64,000 bases of DNA from Haplodiscus bocki. Taxonomy: Eukaryota. The position numbers were made by a program, and so were the translations under genes. Below are positions 13,250 through 26,800 of the stretch, piece by piece. The notes under the pieces are model-generated. The model had not been told where the DNA came from and searched no databases. It saw only the letters and a program-made list of their open reading frames with translations. The stretch's first letter is position 1; each line of letters opens with the position of its first letter. The stretch is from positions 37,200,001 to 37,264,000 of the forward strand of contig OZ296651.1 in NCBI GenBank assembly GCA_965655095.1. Reading direction: 5' to 3'.

Positions 13250-15800
13250 AAGATTCAAACTTACATTCACTTCTATGGTTGGATTCCTTTGACAATCACT
13301 AATATTTCTGTCATGCACTGCCAAGTCTTTTCAAAATATTGGCAAGAAAAAAAGAAACGTTCAGGCGGCGATGAGGATTCAAACTTACATTTTTTGCTAT
13401 GGTTGGATTCCTTTGACAGTCAATAAAATTTCGGTCACGCAGTGCCAAGTCTTTTCAAAATCTTGGCAATAAAAAACTGTTAAGGCACAGATAAAGATTC
13501 AAACTTACATTCATTGCTTTGGTTTGATTCCTTTGACAATCATTAATTTTTCTGCCGCGCGCTGCCAAGACTTTTCAAAAACTTGGCAGGAAAAGTAGAA
13601 ATGTCAAGGTGGAAATAATTATTAGAACTTACATTCACTGCTACGGTTGGATTCCTTTGACAATCAATATTTTTTCTGCCACGCCCTGCCGAGTCTTTTC
13701 AAAATATTGGCAAGAAAGACAGAAACGTTCAGGCAGAGATAAAGATTCAAACTCACAATCACTGCTGTGTTTGGATTCCATTGACAACCCTTATTAGTTG
13801 TGCCACTCGCTGCCAAGTCTCTTTGAACTCTTGGCAGGGAGAAAAAGAATGATAAGGCAGTGATGAAGATTCAAACTTACATTCATTGCTATATTTGGAT
13901 TCCTTTGACAATCACCAAAATTTCTGCCACGCACTGCCAACTCTTTTCAAAATCTTGCCAAGAAAAAAAGAAATGTTCAGGTGGCGATAAAGATTCAAAC
14001 TTACAGTCTTTGCTATGGTTGGATTCCTTTGGCAGTCATTAAAACTGCTGTCCCGCACTGCCAAGTCTTTTCAAAATCATGGCAAGAAAAAATATTGTTA
14101 AGGCACCGATAAAAATTCAAACCTATATTCACTGCTGTGGTTGGATTCCATTGAAAATCCTTAATGTTTCTGCCACGCACTGCCAAGACTTTTCAAAAAC
14201 GTGGCAGGAAAAACAGGAATGTCAAAGTCAAAAGGAAGACTCAAACCTGCATTCACTGCTATGGTTGGATTCCTTTGACAATCTCTAATATTTCTGCCAC
14301 GCACAGCCAAGAATTTTCAAAATTTCGGCAAGAAAGAAATTGATAAGGCACAGATAAAGGTTCAAACTTACATTCACTGCTGTGGTTGGATTCCATTGAC
14401 AATCTTTAATACTACTGCCACGCTATGCCAAGACATTTCAAAAACTTGGCAGGAAAAACAGGAATGTCAAGGTCAAAAGGAAGACTCAAACCTGCATTCA
14501 CTGCTATGGTTGGATTCCTTTGACAATCTCTAATATTTCTGCAACGCACAGCCAAGAATTTTCAAAATTTTGGCAAGAAAGAAATTGATAAGGCACAGAT
14601 AAAGATTCAAACTTACATTCACTGCTATGGTTGGATTCCTTTGACAATCACTAATATTTCTGTCATGCACTGCCAAGTCTTTTCAAAATATTGGCAAGAA
14701 AAAAAGAAACGTTCAGGCGGCGATGAGGATTCAAACTTACATTTTTTGCTATGGTTGGATTCCTTTGACAGTCATTAAAATTTCGGTCACGCAGTGCCAA
14801 GTCTTTTCAAAATCTTGGCAATAAAAAACTGTTAAGGCACAGATAAAGATTCAAACTTACATTCACTGCTTTGGTTTGATTCCTTTGACAATCATTAATT
14901 TTTCTGCCGCGCGCTGCCAAGACTTTTCAAAAACTTGGCAGGAAAAGTAGAAATGTCAAGGTGGAAATAATTATTAGAACTTACATTCACTGCTACGGTT
15001 GGATTCCTTTGACAATCAATATTTTTTCTGCCACGCCCTGCCGAGTCTTTTCAAAATATTGGCCAGAAAGACAGAAACGTTCAGGCAGAGATAAAGATTC
15101 AAACTCACAATCACTGCTGTGTTTGGATTCCATTGACAACCCTTATTAGTTCTGCCACGCGCTGCCAAGTCTCTTTGAACTCTTGGCAGGGAGAAAAAGG
15201 ATGATAACGCAGTGATGAAGATTCAAAATTACATTCATTGCTATATTTGGATTCCTTTGACAATCACCAAAATTTCTGCCACGCACTGCCAACTCTTTTC
15301 AAAACCTTGCCAAGAAAAAAAGAAATGTTCAGGTGGCGATAAAGATTCAAACTTACAGTCTTTGCTATGGTTGGATTCCTTTGACAGTCATTAAAACTGC
15401 TGTACCGCACTGCCAAGTCTTTTCAAAATCATGGCAAGAAAAAAAATTGTTAAGGCACAAATAAAAATTCAAACCTATATTCACTGCTGTGGTTGGATTC
15501 CATTGAAAATCCTTAATGTTTCTGCCACGCACTGCCAAGACTTTTCAAAAACGTGGCAGGAAAAACAGGAATGTCAAGATCAAAAGGAAGACTCAAACCT
15601 GCATTCACTGCTATGGTTGGATTCCTTTGACAATCTCTAATATTTCTGCCACGCACAGCCAAGAATTTTCAAAATTTTGGCAGGAAAGAAATTGATAAGG
15701 CACAGATAAAGATTCAAACTTACATTCACTGCTGTTGTTTGATTCCATTGACAATCTTTAATACTACTGCCACGCTATGCCAAGACATTTCAAAACCTTG
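13250..15800 (+). repeat. Higher-order duplication at an 11-monomer offset (1352 bp), with a nested 2-monomer duplication near 14205-14600
   Basis: ORF pairs 13609/14961, 13860/15212 and 14079/15431 are all offset by 1352. The rare variant GTCAAAAGGAAGACTCAAACCTGC recurs at ~14227 and ~14472. Confidence 0.85.
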
Positions 15801-18800
15801 GCAAGAAAAGTAGAAAGGTCAAGGTGGAAATAAAAATTCAAACTTACATTCACTGCTATGGTTGGATTTCTTTGACAATCAATATTATTTCCGCCACGCA
15901 ATGCCAAACCTTTTCAAAATCTTGGCAAGAAAAAAATTGTTAAGGCATTGATAAAGATTCAAACTTACATTCACTGCTGTGGTTGGATTCTTTCGACAAT
16001 CTTTAATATTTTTTCCAGTCACTGCCAGGTTTTTTCAAAATCTTGGCAAGAAAACTCGAAATGTCAGGGCGGAGATAAAGATTCAAACTTACATTCACTG
16101 CTGTGGTGGGATTTCTTTGACAGAATGATTATTAATTCTGCCACGCACTGCCAAGTTTTTTCAAAAAATGGCAAAAAAAATAGAAATGTTAAGGCGGAGA
16201 TAAAGATTCAAACGTACATTCATTGCTATGGTTGGATTACTTTGACATTCCCTAAAATTTCTGTCACGCACTGGCAAGTCTTTTCAAAATCTTGGCAAGA
16301 AAAAAAATTTTAGGGGCACAGATAAAGATTCAAACTTACATTCACTGCTGTGGTTGGATTCCATTGAAAATCATTAATATTTCTGCCACGGACTGCCAAG
16401 TCTCTTGGAACTCTTGGCAGGGAGAAAAAAAGATAACGCAGAGATAAAGGTTCAATCTTACAACCACTGCTGTGGTTGGATTCTTTTGACAATCGTTAAA
16501 GTTTCTGCCACGCACTGCCAAGTATTTCCACAATCTTTGGAAGAAAAATAGAAATGTCAAGGTTGAGATAAAGATTCCAATTACATTCACTGCTGTGTCT
16601 GAAATCCTTTGACAATCACTAATTTTTCCGCCACGCACTGCCAACTCTTTTCAAAATCTTGCACAGAAAAAAAAGAAATGTTCAGGCGGCGATAAAGATT
16701 CAAACTTACAGTCTTTGCTATGGTTGGATTCCAATGAAAATTCCTAATATTTCTGCCACGTACTGCCAAGACTTTTCAAAAACTTGGCAGGAAAAGTAGG
16801 AGTGTCAAGGTGGAAATGAAGGTTCAAACTTACATTCACTGCTATATTTTGATTCCTTTGACAATCATTAATGTTCCTGCAACGCACTGCCAAGTCTCTT
16901 CAAAATCTTGGCAAGAAAAAAAAATGTTAGGGCACAGATAGAGATTGAAACTTACATTCACTGCTGTGGTTGGATTCCATTGAAAATTCCTAATTTTTCT
17001 GCCACGCACTGCCAAGACTTTTCAAAAACTGGGCAGGAAGAGTAAGAATGTCAAGGTGGAAATGAAGATTCAAACTTAGAACCACTGCTATGGTTGGATT
17101 CCTTTGACAATCATTAAAGTTTCTGCCACGCACTGCCAAGTCTTTTCAAAATCTTGGCAAGAAAAAAAATTGTTAAGACAGAGATAAAGATTCGAACTTA
17201 CATTCACTGCTGTGGTTGGATTCCATTGAAAATTCCTAATATTTCTGCCACGCACTGCCAAGTCTTTTTAAAAACTTGGCAAGAAAAGTAGAAAAGTCAA
17301 GGTGGAAATAAAAATTCAAACTTACATTCACTGCTATGGTTGGATTTCTTTGAAAATCAATAGAATTGCTGCCACGCACTGCCAAATCTTTTCAAAATCT
17401 TGGCAAGAAAAAAAAATGTTAAGGCATTGATAAAGATTCAAACTTACATTCACTGCTGTGGTTGGATTCTTTCGACAATCTTTAATTTTTTTCCAGTCAC
17501 TGCGAGGTTTTTTCAAAACCTTGGCAAGAAAACTAGAAATTTCAAGGCGGAGATAAAGATTCAAACTTACATTCACTGCTGTGGTTGGATTCCTTTGACA
17601 GAGTCATTATTAATTCTGCCACGCACTGCCAAAAAAATGGCAAGAAAAATAGAAATGTTAGGGCGGAGATAAAGATTCAAACGTACATTCACTGCTATGG
17701 TTGGATTCCTTTGACAATCCTTAAAAATTCTGTCACGCACTGCCAAGTCTTTTCAAAATCTTGGCAAGAAAAAAAAATTTTAGGGACAAAGATAAAGATT
17801 CAAACTTACATTCACTGCTGTGGTTGTATTCCATTGAAAATACCTAATATTTCTGCCACAGACTGCCAAGTCTCTTCGAACTCTTGGCAGGAAGAAAATA
17901 AATGATAAGGCAGAGATAAAGGTTCAATCTTACAACCACTGCTGTAATTGGATTCCTTTGACAATCACTAATATTTCCGCCACGCACTGCCAACTCTTTT
18001 CAAAATCTTGCTCAGAAAAAAAGAAAGGTTCAGGCGGCGATAAATATTCAAACTTACAGTCGTTGCTATGGTTGGGTTCCTTTGACAGTCATTAAAAATT
18101 CTGTCACGCACTGCCAAGTCTTTTCAAAAACTTGGCAAGGAAAGTAGAAATGTTAAGGCGGAGATAAAGATTCAAACTCACATTCACTGCTGTGGTTGGA
18201 TTCCATTGACAATCCTTTTTATTCCTGCCACGCGCTGCCAAGATTTTCAAAAACTGGCAAGAAATGTAGAAATGTTAAGTTGGAAATAAATATTCAAACT
18301 TGCATTCACTGCCATGGTTGGTTTCCCTTGACAACCCTTAAAGTTTCTGCTACGAACTGCCAGGCTCTTTCAAAATCTTGGCAAGAAGAATAGAAATGTT
18401 AAGGTGGAAATAAAGGTTCAAACTTACATTCATTGCTATGGTTGGATTCCTTTGACAGTCATTAAAAATTCTGTCACGCACTGCCAATTCTTCTCAAAAA
18501 ATTGGCAAGAAAAAAAATTGTTAAGGCACAGATAAAGATTCAAACTTATATTCACTGCTGTGGTTGGATTCCATGGACAATCCTTAATATTTCTGCCACG
18601 CTCTGCCAAGTCTTTTCAAAAAATTGGCCAGAAAAGTAGAAATGTCAAATTGGAAATAAATATTCAAACTTACATTCACTACAATGGTTGGATTCCTTTG
18701 ACAATCATTAACAACCCCGCCACGCACTGCCAAGTCTTTTCAAAATATTGGCTAGAAAAATAGAACTTTTAAGGCGGAGATAAAGACTCAAACTTAAATT

Positions 18801-21800
18801 CACTGCTGTGGTTGGATTCCATTGAAAATCCCTAATATTTCTGCCATGCTCTGCCAAGACTTTTCAAAAACTTGGCAAGAAATGTAGAAATGTTATGGTG
18901 GAATTAAATAATCAAAATTACATTCACAGCTTTGGTTGGATTCCTTTGACAGCCCTTATTAATTCTGCCACGCACTGCCAGGTCAATTCGAAATCTTGGC
19001 AGGAAAAAAAAGTGTTGAGGCGGCGATAAAGATTCGAACTTACATTCACTGCTATGGTTGGATTCTTTCGACAATCTTTAATATTTCTTCCAAGCACTGC
19101 CAAGTCTTTTCAAAAAATTGGCAAGAAAACTAGAAATGTTAAGGCGGAGATAAAGATTCAAACTTACATTCACTGTTGTGGTTGGACTCCTTTGACAATC
19201 AATAATCACTCTGCCACTCACTGCCAAGTCTTTTCAAAACTTTGGCAAGAAAGAAAGAAATGTTAAGGCAGATATAAAGATTCAAACTTACTTTCACTGT
19301 TGTGGTTGGATTCTTTCGAAAATCTTTAATATTTCTTCCACGCACTGCCAAGTGTTTTCAAAAAATTGGCAAGAAAAATAGAAATGTTAAGGCGGAGTGA
19401 GGATTCAAACTTACATTCACTGCTATGGTTGGATTCCTTTGACAATCCTTAAAAATTCTGCTAAGCACCGCCAGGCTTTTTCAAAATCTGGGCAAGAAAT
19501 TTGGAAATGTCATGGTGGAATTAAATATTCAAACTTACATTCACTGCTATGGTTGGATTCCTTTGACAGCCCTTATTAGTTCTGCCACGCACTGCCAGGT
19601 CATTTCGAAATCTTGGCAGGAAAAAAAATGTTGCGGCGGCGATAAAGATTCGAATTTACATTCACTGCTATGGTTGGATTCTTTCGACAATCTTTAATAT
19701 TTCTTCCAGGCACTGCCAATTCTTTTCAAAAAAATTGGCAAGAAAACTAGAAATGTTAAGGCGGAGATAAAGATTCAAACCTACATTCACTGTTGTGGTT
19801 GGATTGTTTTGACAATCAATAATGTTTCTGCCACTCACTGCCAAGTCTTTTCAAAACTTTGGCAAGAAAGAAAGAAATGTTAAGGCAGAGATAAAGGTTC
19901 AATCTTACAACCACTGCTGTGGTTGAATTTTTTTGACAATCGTTAATATTTCTGCCACGGACTGCCAAGTATTTTCACACCCTTGGGAAGAAAAATAGAG
20001 ATGTCAAGGTTGAGATAAAGATACAAATTACATTCACTGCTCTGGTTGGATTCCATTGACAATCCTTAATATTTCTGCCACGCGCTGCCAAGACTTTTCA
20101 AACACTTCGCAAGAAAATTAGAAATGTCAAGGTGGAAATAAATATTCAAACTTACCATTACTGCTATGGTTCGATTCCTCTGACGAACAATAATTTTTCT
20201 GCCACGCCCTGTCGAATCTTTTCAAAATATTGGCAAGAACGACAGAAACGTTCGGGCAGAGATAAAGATTCAAACTCACAATCACTGCTGTGGTTGGATT
20301 CCATTGACAACCCTTATTAGTTCTGCCACGCGCTGCCAAGTCTCTTTGAATTCTTGGCAGGGAGAAAAAGAATGATAAGGCAGTGATGAAGATTCAAACT
20401 TACATTCACTGCTACGTATGGATTCCTTTGACAATCACCAAAATTTCTGCCACGCACTGCCAACTCTTTTCAAAATCTTGCACAGAAAAAAAAGAAATGT
20501 TCAGGCGGCGATAAAGATTCAAACTTACAGTCTTTGCTATGGTTGGGTTCCTCTGACAGTCATTAAATATTCTGTCACGCACTGCCAATTCTTTTCAGAA
20601 ACTTGGCTAGAAAAAAATTGTTAAGGCACAGATAAAGATTCAAACTTACAATCACTGCTGTGGTTGGATTCCATGGACAATCCCTAATGTTTCTGCCACG
20701 CGCTGCCAAGATTTTTCAAAAACTTGGCCAGAAAAGTAGAAATGTCAAGTTGGAAATAAATATTCGAACTTACATTCACTGCCATGGTTGGATTCCTTTG
20801 ACAATCAATAACAATTCCGCCACGCACTGCCAAGTTTTTTCAAAACATTGGCAAGAAGAAAGAAATGTTAAGGCAGAGATAAAGATTCAAACTTACATTC
20901 ACTGCTCTGGTTGAATTTCTTTGACAATCAATAATTCTTCCGCCACACACTGCCAAGTCTTTTGGAAATCCTGGCAAGAAAAACAGATATATCAAGGCGG
21001 AGATAAAGATTCAAACTTACATTCACTGCTATGTTTGGATTCCTTTGAAAATCATCAAACTTTCTGCCACGAACTGCCAAGTCTTTTCAATATCTGAGCA
21101 AGAAAAACAGGAAAGTCAAGGTGGAAATGAAAGTTCAAACCTACATTCACTGCTATGGTTGGATTTTTTTGACAATCTCTAATATTTCTGCCACGCACTG
21201 CCAAGACCTTTCAAAATCTTGGCAAGAAAAAAAATGTAAGGGCACAGATAAAGATTCAAACTTACATTCACTGCTCTGGTTGGATTCCATTGACAATCCT
21301 TAATATTTCTGCCACGCGCTGCCAAGACTTTTCAAAAACTTGGCAAGAAAATTAGAAATGTCAAGGTGGAAATAAATATTCGAACTTGCAATCACTGCTA
21401 TGGTTCGGTTCCTTTGACAAACAATAATATTTGTGCCACGCACTGCCAAGTCTTTTCAAAACAGTGGCAAGAAGAAAGAAATGTTAAGACGGAGATAAAG
21501 ATTCAAACTTAAATTCACTGCTGTGGTTGGATTCCATTGACAATCCCCAATATTTCTGCCATGCTCTGCCATGACTTTTTCAAAAACTGGGCAGGAAGAG
21601 TAGGAATGTCAAGGTGGAAATGAAGATTCAAAATTACATTCACTGCTATGTTTGGATTCCTCTGACAATCTTTAATTTTCCTTCCACGCACTGCCAAGTC
21701 TTTTCAAAAAATTGGCAAGAAAACTAGAAATGTTAAGGCGGCGATAAAGATTCAAACTTACAGTCTTTGCTATGGTTGGGTTCTTTTGACAGTCGTTAAG

Positions 21801-22259
21801 AAATCTGTCACGCACTGCCAAGTCTTTTCAAAAACTTGGGAAGAAAATTAGAAATGTCAAGGTGGAAATAAATATTCAAACTTACATTCAATGCTATGGT
21901 AGGATTCCTTTGACAATCATTAATAATTCTGCCACGCACTGCCAAGTCTTTTCAAAAACTTGGCAAGAAAAGTAGAAACGTTATGTTGGAAAAAAATATT
22001 CAAACTTGCATTCACTGCCATGGTTGGATTCCATTGACAATCCTTAAAATTTCTGCCACGCACTGCCAAGACTTTTCAAAAACTTGGGAAGAAAATTAGA
22101 AATGTCAAGGTGGAAATAAATATTCAAACTTACATTCAATGCTATGGTAGGATTCCTTTGACAATCATTAATAATTCTGCCACGCACTGCCAAGTCTTTT
22201 CAAAAACATGGCAAGAAAAGTAGAAATGTTAAGTTGGAAATAAATATTCAAACTTGCAT

Positions 22260-23815
22260 TCACTGCCATGGTTGGATTCCTTTGACAATCCTTAAAGTTT
22301 CTGCTACGCACTGCCAGGCTTTTTCAAAATCTTGGCAAGAAGATTAGAAATGTTAAGGTGGGGATAAAGATTCAAACTTACATTCACTGCAATGGTTGGA
22401 TTCCCTTGACAATCACTAATATTTCTGCCACGCACTGCCAACTCTTTTCAAAATCTTGCCAAGAAAACAAGAAATGTTCAGGCGGCGATAAACATTCAAA
22501 CCTACAGTCTTTGCTATGGTTGGATTCCTTTGACAGTCATTGAAAATTCTGTCACGCACTGCCAATTCTTTTCAAAAACTTGGCTAGAAAAAAATTGTTA
22601 AGGCACAGATAAAGATTCAAACTTACAATCACTGCTGTGGTTGGATTCCATGGACAATCCCTAATGTTTCTGCCACGCGCTGCCATAATTTTCAAAATAT
22701 TGGCAAGAAAAGTAGAAATGTTAAGTTGGAAATAAATATTTAAACTTCCATTCACTGCCATGGTTGGATTCCAAGGACAATCCCTAATGTTTCTGCCACG
22801 CGCTGCGATGATTTTCAAAAACTTGGCAAGAAAGGTAGAAATGTTAGGTTGGAAATAAATATTTAAACTTGCATTCACTGCCATGGTTGGATTCCTTTGA
22901 CAATCACTAAAATTTCTGCCACGCACTGCCAACTCTTTTCAAAATCTTGCCAAGAAAAAAAGAAATGTTCAGGCGGCGATAAACATTCAAACCTACAGTC
23001 TTTGCTATGGTTGGATTCCTTTGACAGTCATTAAAAATTCTGTCACGCACTGCCAATTCTTTTCAGAAACTTGGCTAGAAAAAAATTGTTAAGGCACAGA
23101 TAAAGATTCAAACTTACAATCACTGCTGTGTTGGATTGCATGGACAATCCCTAATGTTTCTGCCACGCGCTGCCAAGATTTTTCAAAAACTTGGCCAGAA
23201 AAGTAGAAATGTCAAGTTCTAAATAAATATTCGAACTTACATTCACTGCCATGGTTGGATTCCTTTGACAATCCTTAAAGTTTCTGCTACGCACTGCCAG
23301 GCTTTTTCAAAATCTTGGCAAGAAGATTAGAAATGTTAAGGTGGGGATAAAGATTCAAACTTACATTCACTGCAATGGTTGGATTCCCTTGACAATCACT
23401 AATATTTCTGCCACGCACTGCCAACTCTTTTCAAAATCTTGCCAAGAAAACAAGAAATGTTCAGGCGGCGATAAACATTCAAACCTACAGTCTTTGCTAT
23501 GGTTGGATTCCTTTGACAGTCATTGAAAATTCTGTCACGCACTGCCAATTCTTTTCAAAAACTTGGCTAGAAAAAAATTGTTAAGGCACAGATAAAGATT
23601 CAAACTTACAATCACTGCTGTGGTTGGATTCCATGGACAATCCCTAATGTTTCTGCCACGCGCTGCCATAATTTTCAAAATATTGGCAAGAAAAGTAGAA
23701 ATGTTAAGTTGGAAATAAATATTTAAACTTCCATTCACTGCCATGGTTGGATTCCAAGGACAATCCCTAATGTTTCTGCCACGCGCTGCGATGATTTTCA
23801 AAAACTTGGCAAGAA
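22260..23815 (+). repeat. Higher-order duplication at an 8-monomer offset (983 bp)
   Basis: ORF pairs 22358/23341 and 22552/23535 are offset by 983, with near-identical sequence. Confidence 0.85.
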
Positions 23816-26800
23816 AGAAAGAAAAGTTAAGGCAGAGATAAAGATTCAAACTTACATTCACTGTTGTGGTTGGATTCTTTGGAAAATCTTTAATATTTCT
23901 TCCACGCACTGCCAAGTCTTTTCAAAAAATTGGCAAGAATAATAAAAATGTTAAGGTGGAGATAAAGATTCAAACTTACATTCACTGCTATGAATGGATT
24001 CCTTTGACAATCCTCAAAATTTCTGCTCTGCACTGCCAGGCTCTTTCAAAAATTTGGCAAGAAATTTGGAAATGTCAGGGCGGAGATAAAGATTCAAAAT
24101 TACATTCACCGCTATGGTTGGATTCCTTTGACTGTCACTATTAATTCTGCCACGCACTGCCAGGTCATTTCGAAATCTTGGCAGGAAAAAGAGAAATGTT
24201 CAGGCGGCGATAAAGATTCGAACTTACATTCACTACTGTGTTTGGATTCCATTGAAAATCCTTAATATTTCTGCCACGGACTGCCAAGTCTCTTCGAACT
24301 CTTGGCAGGGAGAAAATGAATGATAAGGCAGAGATAAAGGTTCAATCTTACAATCACTGCTGTGGTTGGATTCTTTTGACAATCGTTAATTTTTCTGCCA
24401 CGGACTGCCAAGTATTTTCACAATCTTGGGAAGAAAAATAGAAATGTCAATCTTGAGATAAAGATTCAAATTACATTCACTGGTCTGGTTGGATTCCATT
24501 GACAATCCTTAATATTTCTGCCACGCGCTGCCAAGACTTTTCAAACACTTGGCAAGAAAAATAAAAATGTCAAGGTGGAAAGAAATTTTCAAACTCACCA
24601 TTATTGCTATGGTTCGATTCCTCTGACAAACAATAACATTTGTGCCACGCACTGCCAAATCTTTTCAAAACATTGACAAGAAGAAAGAAATGTTAAAGCA
24701 GAGATAAAGATTCAAACTTACATTCACTGATGTGGTTGGGTTCCTTTGACAATCAAAGTTCTTCTGCCACACACTGCCAAGTCTTTTCGAAATCCTGGCA
24801 AGAAAAATAGATATGTCAAGGCGGAGATAAAGATTCAAACTTACGTTCACTGCTATGTTTGGATTCCTTTGAAAATCATCAATTTTTCTGCCGAGAACTT
24901 TCAAGTCTTTTCAAAATGTGAGCAAGAAAAAACAGAAATGTTAAGAGGAAGATAAAGAATCAAACTTACATTCACTGCTATGGTTGGATATTTTTAACAC
25001 TCATTAATATTCCTTCCACGCACTGCCAAGTCTTTTCAAAATCTTGGCAAGAAAACACAGAAATTTCAAGGCCGAGATAAATATTCAAACTTACATTCAC
25101 TGCTATGGTTGGATTCCTTCCAAAATCATTGATAACTCTGCCACCCTCTGCTAAGTCTTTTCAACATTTTGGCAAGAAAAAAAGAAATGTAAAGGTAGAG
25201 ATAAAGATTCAAACTTCCATCCCCTGCTGTGGATGGATTCCTTTGAAAAACGCTAATAAGTCTGCCACGCACTACCAAGTCTTTTCAAAATACTGGCAAG
25301 AAGAAAAAATGTTCAGGCGGCGATAAAGATTCAAACATACATTCACATCTATGTTTGGATTCCTCTGAAAATCGTTAATACTTCTGCCACGCACTGCCAA
25401 ATCTTTTCAAAATCTTGGCAAGAAGTGTAGAAATGTTCAGGTGGAGATAAAGATTCAAACTTACAATCACTGCTATGGATTGATTCCTTTGACAATCTTT
25501 AATATCTCTGCCACGCACTGCCAAGTCTTTTCAAAATCTTGGCAAGAAGTGTAGAAATGTTCAGGTGGAGATAAAGATTCAAACTCACAATCACTGCTAT
25601 GGATTGATTCCTTTGACAATCATTAATATCTCTGCCACGCACTGCCAAGTCTTTTCGAAATCTTGGCAGGTAAAAAAGAAATGTTAAGGCAGAGATAAAG
25701 ATTCAAATTTACATTCCGTGCTGTGGTTGGATTCTTTTGAAAATCGTTTTTACTTCTGCCAAGCACTGCCAAGTTTTCAGAATCTTGGCAAGAAAAATAG
25801 AAATGTTCACGCGGAGATAAAGATTCAACCTTAGTCACTGCTGTAATTAGATTCCCCAGACAATCAACAATGTCTCTGCCATGCACTGCTAAGTCTCTTC
25901 GAACTGTTGGCAGGGAAAAAATAAATGTTAAGGCAGAGATGAAGATTCAAACTTACATCCCCTACTGTGGAGGGATTCCTTTGAAAAACGTTAAAAACTC
26001 TGCCACGCACTAACAAGTCTTTCCAAAATCTTGGCAAGAAAAGTAGAAATGTTCTGGCGGAGATAAAGATTCAAACTTACAATCACTGCTATGATTGGAT
26101 TCTTTTGACAATCAATAATATTTCTGCCACGCACTGCCAAGTCTTCTCAAAATAATGGCAAGAAAGAAAGAAATGTTAAAGCAGAGAAAAAGATTCAAAC
26201 TTACATTCACTGCTATGGTTGGATTCCTCTGACAATCATTAAGCTTTCTGCCACGCACTGCCAAGTTTTTTCAAAATTTTGGCAAAAAAACACAAAAATT
26301 CCAAAGCGGAGATGAATATTCAAACATACATTCATTGCTAAGGTTGAATTCCTTTGACAATCATTGATAAAACTGCCACGAACTGCCAAGTCTTTTCATA
26401 ATCATGGCAAGAAAAATAGGAACGTTCAGGCGGAGATAAAGATTCAAACTTTCATTCACTGCTATTATTGGATTACTTTGACAATCAAAAATTTTTCTAC
26501 CACGCACTGCCATGTATTTTCAAAACCTTGGCAAGAAAAAAAAAGAAAAGGCAGAGATAAAGTTTCAATTTTACATTCACTGCTGTGGTTGTATTCTTTT
26601 GACAGTCTTTATTTTTTCTTCCCCGCACTGCCAAGTCTTTTCATAAACTTGGCAAGAGAAATAGAAACGTCAAGGAGGAGATAAAGATTCAAACTTACAT
26701 TCACTGCTGCGGTTGGATTCCTTTGACAATTCTTAATGTTTCTGCCACGCATTGCCCAGTCTTTTCAAAATATTGGCAATTAATATAGAAATGTCAATGC

